NCBI GenBank assembly: GCA_963797095.1
Contig: CAWCNY010000005.1
Coordinates: forward strand, 288,001-352,000
Reading direction: 5' to 3'
Length of the DNA: 64,000 bases
Source: an uncultured Chloroflexia bacterium
Lineage (GTDB): Bacteria; Chloroflexota; Chloroflexia; QHBQ01; JADMIH01
Both the position numbers and the translations under genes were made by a program. This document shows, piece by piece, positions 29,622-39,597 of the stretch. Numbering within the stretch: the first letter of the stretch is position 1; each line of letters opens with the position of its first letter. The notes below the pieces were generated by a model. That model saw nothing but the letters and a program-made list of their open reading frames with translations, was not told the DNA's origin and made no database searches.

Positions 29622-31907
29622 CTAGTGCCTTCCGGCCACAGGCTCAGCCCACTTCCCGTGCGCCTTGATGATATCAATCAGGCGGTCAACCGCCTGCCCG
29701 GTTGGCACACCTTTCTCCACGCACTCCTTCCCCACGAACAGGTTCACCTTGTCCGGCGCGCCCCCCATATACCCGAAGTCCGCATCGGCCAGTTCCCCAA
29801 GCCCGTTCACAATGCACCCCATCACGGCGATCTTCACACCCCTGAGGTGCCCCGTCGCCTTCTTGATCCTCTCCGTTGTCTCCTGCAAATCGAACAGCGT
29901 CCTCCCGCACGAAGGGCAAGCCACAAACTCGGCCTTCACCGTCCGCGCTCCCGCCGCCTGCAACACATTGAACGCCAGCGCCACCCGCTCATCAGCCGTG
30001 CCGCTCCCGTTCACCTCCACGCTGCTCCCAATCCCGTCACAAAGCAGCGACCCCAGCTTCAACGAAGGCCCGATCAGCCACCCATCCGAATTGCTGGCAT
30101 CCGCCTCCCTATCCTCACCCTTTCTAGGCGGCAAACCCCATTCCCCCGTATGCGCGATCAGGTGGATAGGATACTTCCGCCCCCACTCCACCAATCTGCT
30201 CGACAACAACCTGTTGGCCCGCACCATATAGGAAGGCGTCACGTCAAACGCATCTACCGATAGCACCAACCCTCGGTGCCCTAGCGCACGCGCCCGCTGC
30301 GCCATCTCCAACACCAGGTCCACTTCCGGGAATGTCGCGTCGCCTCCAACTACTTCCACGAAATGCGCGCCCACGGGCCTCATATTGGTCGCCTTCAACC
30401 ACAGCGGCACGCGTGCCGCCAGCGCCGCCCGAACGCACTCCTCATATTCCCGCCATCGACCATCATCAAGCAGGCTATCAACACCCAGCTCAATACCGAG
30501 GCCACCCACACCCATCAATTGCGGCGCAATCGCGGCAACTCCGCCAAAATCGCTACCGGCATTCACGATCAGTGCCAGTGCCGACTTGCCCGCCCCAGGG
30601 TCCTCTTCCTCGCTCCGCCTGCGCAGTTCATCCGCAAGCGGCGCAACATCGTCCAATTTCGCTAAAGGCAACCGGATGATATCGGGTCTGATCGCGTTCT
30701 GTCCCTTTCTCTTAGCTAAGTCGGCCACAGTCGCGAACGGATCGATATCCGGCCATCGCAGATCAGCCGAAGCCAGCACATGCACCGCCTGCATCCCCCC
30801 AACCTTCACAGCCCCATTAGCCACCTCGTAAGTAGACCGAGGCATATAATGGTAAGGGTCCCGCAAATCCGGCAACGCCATCCTATCGTCCGCCTTCGTC
30901 CTTCGTCCTTCGCCCTTCGTCAGCACAGCAAGTTCGTTGTACGGCTTCACCAGCGCGAACGCCACCGGGATCTCATACTCCGGGTCCTCCGTCAAAGACA
31001 CTCGCACCGTATCCCCCAACCCATCGTCCAGCAACGACCCGATCCCAGCCGCCGACTTGATCCTTCCATCCTCAGCGTTCCCCGCCTCCGTTACCCCCAG
31101 GTGCAGCGGGTAATCCCACCCAAGCACATCCATCCGCGCCACCAGCAGCCTGTAGGCCGCGATCATCACCTTCGGGTTGCTCGCCTTCATCGAGAAGATC
31201 ACATCATGGTAGTCGTACTTCCTGCAGATCGTCATAAACTCCAGCGCCAACTCCACCATCCCCTCAGGCGTATCCCCGAACCTGTTCATAATCCTATCGC
31301 TAAGCGACCCGTGGTTCGTCCCGATCCTCATCGAGATCCCGCGCTCCTGGCACCTCAACACCACCGGCTTGAACTTCTCCTCGATCCGCGCCAGTTCCTC
31401 TTCATACTCGCTATCCGAGTACTCTCGCACGTTCCACCGCTTCTCGTCCGCGAAGTTCCCAGGGTTGATCCTCACCTTATCCGCATATAGCGCGGCTTCC
31501 ATAGCCGCCGCCGGGCTAAAATGGATATCCGCCACCAGCGGCACATCCACCCCTATCTCCAGCAGCCGCCTCTTGACCTCTCCCAAGGCCCGGGCATCAG
31601 CCGAGGTGGGCGTAGTGACCCTCACGATCTCACACCCAACATCCACCAGCCGCAACGTCTGCGCCAGCGTAGCCTCTACATCCTTCGTCAGCGTGGTAGT
31701 CATACTCTGCACCCGAATTGGGTTATCCCCGCCCACGCCTACTTTACCCACCATAACCTCGCGCGTCTTACGCCGCCTGTAAATATATGGATCGCCCACA
31801 TAAGGCAGCTTCACCGCCCCACCAACTGAACTGAGACCCACTATAGTGCTCACTCTTCTATCCTTCGCCGAATCCCATCGGCCCAAATCTTCTTCATATA
31901 AGTTCAC
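29622..31907 (-). CDS. ispG: HMBPP synthase, long form with central insert domain
   Basis: VQSMT, VADIHF, RINPGN, RIGTNHGSLS, HLGVTEAG, GDTVRVSL, CPSCGR, VMGCIVNG; start uncertain. Confidence 0.95.
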   Translation of the reverse strand: MNLYEEDLGRWDSAKDRRVSTIVGLSSVGGAVKLPYVGDPYIYRRRKTREVMVGKVGVGGDNPIRVQSMTTTLTKDVEATLAQTLRLVDVGCEIVRVTTPTSADARALGEVKRRLLEIGVDVPLVADIHFSPAAAMEAALYADKVRINPGNFADEKRWNVREYSDSEYEEELARIEEKFKPVVLRCQERGISMRIGTNHGSLSDRIMNRFGDTPEGMVELALEFMTICRKYDYHDVIFSMKASNPKVMIAAYRLLVARMDVLGWDYPLHLGVTEAGNAEDGRIKSAAGIGSLLDDGLGDTVRVSLTEDPEYEIPVAFALVKPYNELAVLTKGEGRRTKADDRMALPDLRDPYHYMPRSTYEVANGAVKVGGMQAVHVLASADLRWPDIDPFATVADLAKRKGQNAIRPDIIRLPLAKLDDVAPLADELRRRSEEEDPGAGKSALALIVNAGSDFGGVAAIAPQLMGVGGLGIELGVDSLLDDGRWREYEECVRAALAARVPLWLKATNMRPVGAHFVEVVGGDATFPEVDLVLEMAQRARALGHRGLVLSVDAFDVTPSYMVRANRLLSSRLVEWGRKYPIHLIAHTGEWGLPPRKGEDREADASNSDGWLIGPSLKLGSLLCDGIGSSVEVNGSGTADERVALAFNVLQAAGARTVKAEFVACPSCGRTLFDLQETTERIKKATGHLRGVKIAVMGCIVNGLGELADADFGYMGGAPDKVNLFVGKECVEKGVPTGQAVDRLIDIIKAHGKWAEPVAGRH

Positions 31908-31975
31908 AATCTTTACCTATGTTATACGTCTCAACAAGCACTCAAGTATGAACCTGGCATCTAATGTCTGAGGTA

Positions 31976-32416
31976 TCACGTCTCACGCCTGCAATCCGGG
32001 CACAGCCCAAACAGAGCAAAGTGGTCCAGATTCGTCGTAAATCCATAGCTCTCAAGCAAACTGGCCCGTAAAGGCTCCAACAATCGGTCATCCACCTCGA
32101 TCCGCGCATGGCATCGCTCGCAAATCAAATGGTGGTGCGGCTTGCCCAGCAACTCGTACTCCAGCCTGCCGCTTCCCAGATCGGTCACTGCCACCATCCC
32201 CAGCGCGCTCAACAACTCCAGAGTCCGGTATACCGTAGTCTTATTCGTCGAAGGATGTAGAGCCTGCACCTCGGCCAGTATCTCATCACCGGTCAAATGC
32301 CCAGCATGCGCCGCCAGCACCTTCACCACGGTCAATCGCCGTGGCGTCAGCCTGTAGCCCTTTGCCCGCAACTCCCTATCAACTTCGGCAGTCTTATTCT
32401 TCGTTTCCAAACCCAT
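31976..32416 (-). CDS. Fur-family transcriptional regulator
   Basis: RLTPRR, TVYRTL, HHHLICERC, CPDC. Confidence 0.92.
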   Translation of the reverse strand: MGLETKNKTAEVDRELRAKGYRLTPRRLTVVKVLAAHAGHLTGDEILAEVQALHPSTNKTTVYRTLELLSALGMVAVTDLGSGRLEYELLGKPHHHLICERCHARIEVDDRLLEPLRASLLESYGFTTNLDHFALFGLCPDCRRET

Positions 32417-32607
32417 GTTTCCTCGACCCTCTACCACAAGTATACCAGAGCCATCATATCGCCCAAAGATTGCGCCACAGGCCTCTGCGCCAACACCGGG
32501 CACCTCAGCAATATAGGGGTGATGCATGCCTCGCCCAATCCGGTCAAACCAGGCAGTGATCCTGGTTCATAAGAGACAAATGACCCCCCATTCCAGGCTG
32601 ACGATAT

Positions 32608-32636
32608 TTGACAGTGCGGAGCCGCGCAAGTATAAT
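32608..32636 (+). promoter_or_regulatory. Consensus sigma70 promoter of tRNA-Met
   Basis: TTGACA-17 bp-TATAAT. Confidence 0.85.
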
Positions 32637-32668
32637 TATTGGGCGTGCGCGCCCAATCCAGCACGTAT

Positions 32669-32743
32669 GGCGAGGTAGCTCAGCGGCAGAGCAGGGGACT
32701 CATAAGCCCTTGGTCGTGAGTTCAAATCTCACCCTCGCCACCA
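32669..32743 (+). tRNA. tRNA with CAT anticodon, probably elongator Met
   Basis: GGCGAGG...CTCATAA...TTCAAAT...CCTCGCC-A-CCA; the G1-C72 pair excludes fMet; Ile2 not fully excluded. Confidence 0.9.
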
Positions 32744-32826
32744 AACAGCGAATCGTTCTAAATGCACGCACAAAAAGAGGCTCCAGTGGGCCTCCTTTTC
32801 ATTCTTGGTCACAATTAGGTCACACA

Positions 32827-33366
32827 TCATCCACCAAGCAACCTGTCGAGCCGGTCGGCGGCTTCTCGCTGCATATCCATCGAAACATGGCTATATCTGC
32901 CCATCGTAATATTGATATTTGCGTGACCTAATCGCTCCTGCACGATCTTTGGGTGCTCTCCGTTTGCCAGCATGAGAGTAGCGCAGGTGTGACGCAGGTC
33001 GTGGAAGCGTATGCGTGGCACACCTGCCTTATCAGAGAGTAGGTGGAAATGCCTGACCAGCGTGTTCGGGTGGATAGGATAGCCGTCCGCTCTCGCAAAA
33101 ACAAGGTCAATGTCATTGTCTGCTGATCCTAATCCTAGACGGTGCTCGGCCTGTTGTGCGTGGTGTTTGCGCAGGCTCTGCACCACCGATGCCGACAGAG
33201 CAATCGATCGCTTACCTGCTATGGTCTTTGGTTCGCCGAAGACCAGAGTACCGTCGCTGGCACGACTCAGAGTTGAGCGTACGGCTAGGACGCGCCGCGC
33301 AAGATCCACATCTGCCCAACGTAGGGCTAGTATTTCACCCTGTCGCATTCCAGTAGCTACGGCCAA
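32827..33366 (-). pseudogene. Tyrosine integrase C-terminal fragment, truncated by IS3
   Basis: TGMRQGE, K, FHDLRHT, LGHA, RY catalytic motifs; N-terminal half replaced by the IS3 end. Confidence 0.88.
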
Positions 33367-33367
33367 T

Positions 33368-34510
33368 TGGGATTCCCCAAGAGAAGTGGACATGAGAAAG
33401 ACTCTGATCCACAATATGGAGGAAGACCTAGATGATGCCTAACAACCATAACAAGCCACAAGCACTAAAGCCGAGCCAACCCAGCCAACCCAGCAAAATG
33501 CCTCCCAAGAAAACCTACACCCGCGAATTCAAGCTTGAAACGCTACGCCTGCTCAAAAGTAGCGGCAAGACCAAGGCTGAACTGGAAAGAGAACTCGGCT
33601 TGTACCCCGGCCAGATCCACCTGTGGGAAAAGGCATTCAATAAGGAAGGGGGTAACGTGAACCGCTTGGACCAAGCCTTCCCAGGTACAGGACACCAAAG
33701 CGATGCCGAAGCTGAAGTAAGTAGGCTGAAGCGTGAATTGGAAATCGTTCGTCAAGAAAGGGACATACTAAAAAAAGCCATTGCCATCTTCTCCAAGACG
33801 CAAGACCAGGACTAAAGTTCGCCTTTATTCACAAGCACAGAGGACAGTACGAACTCCAGATAATGTGCAGAGTACTCCAAGTATCCAGAGGCGGATACTA
33901 CACATGGGTCAAGCGTCAGGACGAGCCGCCTTCCCGAAGACAGATGGCTAATCAACAGCTAACAGCGGCAATCCAATCCATATTCACAAGGAGCAGAGGC
34001 ACGTATGGAGCACCAAGAATGCATGCTGAACTGAACGCAACAGGCACACCATGCAGCCTAAACCATGTAGCCCATCTTATGCGTAAAGCAGGCATCAAAG
34101 CTCGCAGACGCCGCACGTACAAAGTAACCACCACACTTTCCAAGCACAACTACCCGGTTGCTCCCAACACTCTGAACCGCCAGTTCTGGGCTCAAGGACC
34201 AAATCAAAAGTGGGTCGGGGACATAACTTATATAAAAACGAGTGATGGGTGGCTGTATTTGGCGGCCATGCTGGACATCTACTCACGCAAGGTAGTGGGT
34301 TGGTCAATGGACAAGCACATGGAGGAAGAGTTGGTGTCGTCAGCCTTGCAGATGGCAACTGCTCATCGCCGGCCTGCAGGAGTGGTGCTGCACCACACAG
34401 ACCGAGGCAGTCAATATGCATCAACCGGATATCAACAACTGCTGAAGCACAATAATATGGAAGGAAGCATGAGCAGAAAAGGGGATTGTTATGACAACGC
34501 CATAATGGAG
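33368..34510 (+). mobile_element. IS3-family element, 3'-truncated (orfA about 33435-33815, orfB about 33812-34510)
   Basis: TG...AAGTGGACA left end, A7G slippery site 33770-33777, WVGDITYI, HTDRGSQY, YDNAIME then a break. Confidence 0.9.
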
Positions 34511-34543
34511 GTGCGACCCGTTCTCACATAATTGTCGTTATTG

Positions 34544-35038
34544 CTACCCAACAATAGGAGCAATAGCGACTCGAATGTGAGACTGGGGAGGATGGATGCC
34601 GACCATTCTCCCTTGATAACTTGGTATTCGATGTGGGATGAGGTCTAGGTGCGGTCTAGTCCAATTCCCCTCCCTTGAGATGAACAAGGAAATGCCCCAC
34701 CCACATGGGTGCGACTGACCATCAAATCTGTGCGGTGCATGGGTGGAACGCAAGGGCTTGCCCCAGGCGCGTTCCAATTCGACCATTGTTTTGTGTGGCT
34801 CCAAAGGCATTATCCAAATATCGAAGAGCAATTCTAGTTCGCTCTCCTTCTCACCGGGGATAAGGCGCGCAACCACGATCCCGCCATAGTCTATCAGGGA
34901 TTCAGGCTTGACATCCCAAGAGCACGCAAGAATTCCGCCAACAATCGGCTCTATCCTTCTCAGGGCCATATGGAGCCAACGGAAAAAGCCGTGCACAGTA
35001 ATATCCAAAAGGTAAATGTCTGAGGAAGGCTGCCGCAT
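34544..35038 (-). CDS. Hypothetical protein (island cargo)
   Basis: 164-aa ORF with no recognised motif. Confidence 0.35.
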   Translation of the reverse strand: MRQPSSDIYLLDITVHGFFRWLHMALRRIEPIVGGILACSWDVKPESLIDYGGIVVARLIPGEKESELELLFDIWIMPLEPHKTMVELERAWGKPLRSTHAPHRFDGQSHPCGWGISLFISREGNWTRPHLDLIPHRIPSYQGRMVGIHPPQSHIRVAIAPIVG

Positions 35039-35441
35039 ACTATAGGCTCGCTCCGACCTCTAGCAATGGAAAACCCCGGCCTAACTGATACCAGCAGTCA
35101 GATCAGGGTTCTGCAAAATTAGTATACTATCTTTTGGGGAGCTACACCTGGTATCTGTAGCCGTCTCTAGGCACAATTTTAGCACATTAGTTCTCAGAAT
35201 GGAAGCCCTAAGCGCGTACAAGTGCCCAATCCTATGAGCAATTCCGCCATTTTTTGGTCACAATAAGGTCACAAGCAATATGAAATGACCTTCGACAAGG
35301 TGGTATGAGATGGGATATGAGCCTAACGAATAGGCACGAAATGGGGTTAAAAACAGTCAGAAAGGTTGAGAGCTTGGATACCCTTGATAATCTCACCCTC
35401 GCAAGCACTGCTTATGATTATGCGAGAAAGGAGTAATTGCC

Positions 35442-35855
35442 ACGGCTTGGTACGCAGCCCATATTGTGTCTTACGCAAAGTTCAAAGACGGGGTTCAGGA
35501 CAGATTCCCTGTGTGGGAGAATATTGTCTTGATAGAAGCGGAAACTGATGAAGAGGCTTTTACAGATGCGGAACTTATAGGCAGGGATAATTACGATGAT
35601 ACGATGGGCGAGGATAGTGGGGCCATGACCTTTGATGGTCGACTCGTATATTGGGCTTTTGCCGGAGTACGTAAGCTTAGTAGATGCACACCTATCGCGA
35701 AAATTCAAGCAGAAGCAAATATATTTGCAACTGACCCCGACTTCAGGCCAGGGCATGGGACAGAAGTCACATATTTAGATTTGGAGCTTAGAACCCAGGA
35801 AGAGCTAACGAAGTTTGTCGATGGAGAACCGGTTACGGTACTCTATGAAAGATAA
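35442..35855 (+). CDS. DUF4288-like protein with apparent ACG start
   Basis: AWYAAHIV...WENIVLIEAETDEEAF...FAGVRKL; GGAG 8 nt before an in-frame ACG. Confidence 0.55.
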   Translation, partial: TAWYAAHIVSYAKFKDGVQDRFPVWENIVLIEAETDEEAFTDAELIGRDNYDDTMGEDSGAMTFDGRLVYWAFAGVRKLSRCTPIAKIQAEANIFATDPDFRPGHGTEVTYLDLELRTQEELTKFVDGEPVTVLYER

Positions 35856-36242
35856 TGTGCGCAGCAGGAACTGGAGTATTCTGCTCAAATTGGCTATCCC
35901 TATCCCTATTTTGCTGAACAAGGTGCTGAGTTCGAGCACTCTATCTACAACCCTTTCGGCTACACAGGAGCCTGACCCGAACGCTGAGAACACTAGAGGC
36001 AGGCTAAGTCCACACCAACGAACCATACGCCCTCAACTCTTGGTATTCGGTCCAACAGGCAGGTTCGTAAGTGTTCTATTATATAAGAGCGTCACTTTAT
36101 CTAGCTCTCGCGCCCGGTTATCTTCTCAATCGTGTGGGTGCTCCTCCGTGTTGCACCCACCGGCGGACCGACACAAAGGCCATAGTTGCGGCCACGCTCG
36201 GCAGCATTCACCCGGCAGGGTTGCGACGGAAAGGAGATGAGG

Positions 36243-36881
36243 ATGTTCCGCACTCATACAGATCCTACTATTGAGATGATGCAAGCCCTGGGGTTCACAC
36301 AAGACGATCTGGAGAATAACCGCAAAGGCCAACTCTCAGTCTCACAACGCGAGCAAATGGCCCTCAGGAAGCAATCGGCTATCAGGACTGGGCAAAGGGC
36401 CTCAAAGAGTACACCCCTGGTCATGCTCTACGTGATCGTGGTTCTTGGCATAATAGCTGTTGCGTTCATATCTACCGGTTCGTTCCAATATGTGCAAGAC
36501 GCTCTGGGCGAGTGGGCGATTCCTGCAATGATTGGCATAGCTGCATTGATACTTCTGATCGTGATAAGGATCCCCCGCCAGTTCCAGCGATCTGTGGCCG
36601 AATATAATCAGGGAGCCGCCAGTATGCCGCTCGACTATGTAGTGCTCTCTGTAATGGGCGAGATGAAGGTCAGAACCCGCTCGTTCGGGAGTAACGTTGA
36701 AACTCCCGACACTGTTACCCTCTATTACCTCAATGTAGGAGGTAAGGATTTCTCAGTTTCGGAATCCAGGTACAAAGCGCTCAAGAACGCCATCAACAGA
36801 GGCGCTGTGTACAGACTCTACTATGCCGAGTATGGAAAAACGACCTTCATACTCAGTGCGGAAGCGGCTGGTAACCGGTAA
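36243..36881 (+). CDS. Hypothetical two-TM membrane protein
   Basis: ALGFTQDDLENNRKGQLS, two TM helices, YRLYY...LSAE C-terminus. Confidence 0.7.
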   Translation: MFRTHTDPTIEMMQALGFTQDDLENNRKGQLSVSQREQMALRKQSAIRTGQRASKSTPLVMLYVIVVLGIIAVAFISTGSFQYVQDALGEWAIPAMIGIAALILLIVIRIPRQFQRSVAEYNQGAASMPLDYVVLSVMGEMKVRTRSFGSNVETPDTVTLYYLNVGGKDFSVSESRYKALKNAINRGAVYRLYYAEYGKTTFILSAEAAGNR

Positions 36882-36944
36882 CGATTCCACCAATTCCATC
36901 ACTGGGCATATGCTGCTTAGCTCGACTGATCTGAAAATCGTGGC

Positions 36945-38260
36945 TCAAGCTGCCTCAACCACGGGGGCCAGTGTCACCTGGAAGCCGAGTCTTTCAATCT
37001 GCTTCGCCAACCTTCTTGCGGTGGCCTCTGGTCTGCGCTTCTCGAAGTAATCAGCTCCCAACTCTCGATAGGGCTCCTTACGAAGGATAACATGGTAAGC
37101 TATCACCAAAATCGAATGAGCTACCGCCACCAAAGCCCGCTTGTCCCCACGTCTGGTGACCAACCGCCGGTACTGGGCCGCCAGGTACGTCCCTCTGGTG
37201 CGTACCGCCGCCCGTGCTGCTTGCACAAGTCCCACCCGAAGCCACGCGTCTCCTTTGCGCGTCTTGCCCGACCGCCTCTTACCCGCACTCTCGTTGTTCC
37301 CAGGTGCCACTCCCGCCCAGGCTGCCAGGTGTCCGGCCGTCGGGAAACGGGTCATGTCCGTCCCGATCTCGGCCACCAACATCTCAGCCACCAACATCTC
37401 AGCCACCAACATCTCAGCCACCAACATCTCAGCCAACTCCCGCCCTACACCCGGGATTGTATCAAGCAAGCTGATCACCTCTTCGTTCCCATCAGCCTGA
37501 CACGCTGCGCGGATCTCGTCATCAAAGTGGTCAATCGTTTCGTCCAGAGAGTCGATCTGGCACAACAACTCGGTCAACAGGAAGCGGTGATGAGGTCGCA
37601 CTCTGCTTCTCAAGGCCCCTTCCAATTCGGAGCGTTTGCTGCGCAGCCTCCCCACCGCCAAACTGGCAAGCACTTTGGCATCGGTTTCGCCACTGATGAT
37701 GGCCGTAAGGATCGCCCGCCCCGACACACCCATCACATTGGTAGCTACATCGCCCAGCTTGAGGTTAGCTCCCTCACGTCCTTCGTCCTCAGCACTTTCT
37801 GCACACGGTTCACCAACGTAGCTCGCTGGCGCACGAAGTTGGTGCGCTCACGGGTCAAGTCTCGCAAGTCACGCTGAGATTGTGGTGGGATGAAGGAGGG
37901 CTGCACTAAACCATGACGCAGCAAATCAGCCAACCACTCGGCGTCTTTGACATCTATCTTGCGGCCAGGCAGCTTCTTTACGTGCTGGGCATTGAGTACC
38001 CAGACAGTGAAATTGCCTTCCAACAGGTTGAAGATGGGTTTCCAATAGACCCCGGTGCTTTCGAGGGCTACATGTGTCACTCCCCCCTCGCTCAACCAGT
38101 CACTGAGATGCAGCAATTCGGGGATGGTGGTGCCAAAGGAGCGGGTCTGGGTCTCGCTGTGAGGCGACACAGTGGACCCTGCAAGCATTCGACACGCTAC
38201 CACACTTTGTTTATGCACGTCCAATCCAGCGCAGCGCTCAAACATTACGTTCATCGCCAA
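36945..38260 (-). pseudogene. IS110 recombinase, frameshifted
   Basis: GLDVHK, LESTG, KIDVKDA, IPGVG, ESAGK; 14-nt insertion at 37776-37789; AEMLV x4 expansion. Confidence 0.9.
37372..37435 (+). repeat. 15-bp tandem repeat x4 inside IS110
   Basis: GCCACCAACATCTCA x4, encoding AEMLV on the minus strand. Confidence 0.95.
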
Positions 38261-38274
38261 TACCTCCTGAGTTC

Positions 38275-38495
38275 ATTGAGCTCAACAAGGGCGAGTTGTC
38301 GAGGCTGGATATCGGCGGGGAGGAGGATACCCGATGGATCAGAAACTGATCTACGCGCTTCCAGCTTCCATTGCACAGAGTGGGCCGTGGAAAACGGAGC
38401 AGCAAATGGTGGTGCTTGCGGGTATCCGGGTCAGTCTTTGTATCAGGCTCATAGCACCAAGTCGAGGCGACCGCATGGTTCGCCGAATCCATCCA
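38275..38495 (-). ncRNA. Candidate IS110 bridge RNA (ends approximate)
   Basis: Loop with CTCGACT and TACAAAG matching both target halves; second loop closed by GGATACCCG/CGGGTATCC containing AGATCAG that matches the element end. Confidence 0.7.
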
Positions 38496-38679
38496 TTGCT
38501 AGCATACATCTATACACCCATTTTCATCCGGGGTGGTGACCGTGACCCGGGGGTCATGGCGTCTTTGTACAAAAATGAAGGGAGGTGAGGACGGGTACAA
38601 CGGGTAAAGGGACCCGCAAACCCTTTGTTGTAAGATGGAAGTCTACCACAACACCATCTGAAAACAAGGAGAACTCACG

Positions 38680-39515
38680 ATGTCCCTACCCGACCCGATT
38701 ATACAGATTCTGCTCCATTTCCGACCAGTTTTCACTCGTCCTACCTGGCAAAAGGCTTTGGTATTGGTGGTCGGTACTATCCTGGCGCGTGGTCGACGTA
38801 CCGTAACAGCGGCCCTCAAGCAGATGGGCTTGCAAGACGAGGAGGACTTCACTCTGTTCCATCAGGTGCTCAATCGAGCAAGCTGGTCCTGCCTGACACT
38901 GAGTCGTTTGCTGCTCCAATTGCTGGTTAGCACCTTTGTTGGTGCTGGAGGCACAGTCCACATTGCTATTGACGAAACGCTGGAAAGAAGATGGGGCCGC
39001 AAAATCACCAAGCGTGGTCATTACCGAGACGGCGTACAATCGAGTAAGGAGCAATCGGTCTCAACAAGCGGGTTGCGCTGGGTGGTAATGATGCTGGTAG
39101 TACAAGTACCCTGGTCAAGTAGAGAGCGGGCTCTTCCTTTCTTCTCGGTGCTCGCGACTACTCCTAAAGTGAGCGGTGGACCATAGAGGTGACCTTTGAA
39201 GAGAGCCGAGCGCACCTGGGAGTGGAAACGCAACGGCAATGGTCAGACCTGGCAATTGAGCGCAGTACACCCTGCCTACTGGGCATGTTCAGCCTGGTTG
39301 CGCTATTTGGAAAGGCCCTGCACCCAGACGGCAAAGTGCCGGTACAGCGCACGGCGTGGTACGCCAAGAGGGAGGCTACCTTCTCTGATGTGTTAGCCGC
39401 CGTCAGGCGTCATTTGTGGGGCAACTTCACTTTTCAGACATCCCCAACAGACCCTGATGTCTGTTTAGTCCCACGCTCACACGTGGACAGGCTCGCTTAC
39501 GCGGTCTGCTATTGA
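38680..39515 (+). pseudogene. IS701-like DDE transposase with internal deletion
   Basis: IAIDETLERR..GLRW..ALPF joined out of frame near 39175 to RWTIEVTFEESRAHLG. Confidence 0.8.
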
Positions 39516-39597
39516 ATTGGTAATGTACAAAGTCGAGCTTAGAGCCTTATAATCTTAGCAGCAGCCATGCTACCTCTCACAATGCAAGGAGCCTGAT

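Larger units (their letters stand above)
32725..35402. mobile_element. Decayed integrative element at tRNA-Met
   Basis: 14-bp direct repeat AATCTCACCCTCGC at 32725-32738 and 35389-35402; GGTCACA-N4-GGTCACA boxes at 32805-32824 and 35254-35273; integrase remnant. Confidence 0.8.
36926..38564 (-). mobile_element. IS110-family element bounded by a CT core
   Basis: CT at 36926-36927 and 38563-38564; DEDD recombinase gene; about 300-nt upstream non-coding region. Confidence 0.9.
36921..39537 (+). mobile_element. IS701-like element with left IR split by IS110 and an internally deleted transposase
   Basis: IR CTCGACTTTGTACA (left, reconstituted from 36921-36927 and 38565-38571) and TGTACAAAGTCGAG (39524-39537); CTTAG duplication at 36916-36920 and 39538-39542. 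Confidence 0.85.

Noticed and set aside
39524-39553. IS-derived hybrid promoter for the Rieske gene
   Set aside because: TATAAT is present but the IS-supplied -35 match is weak
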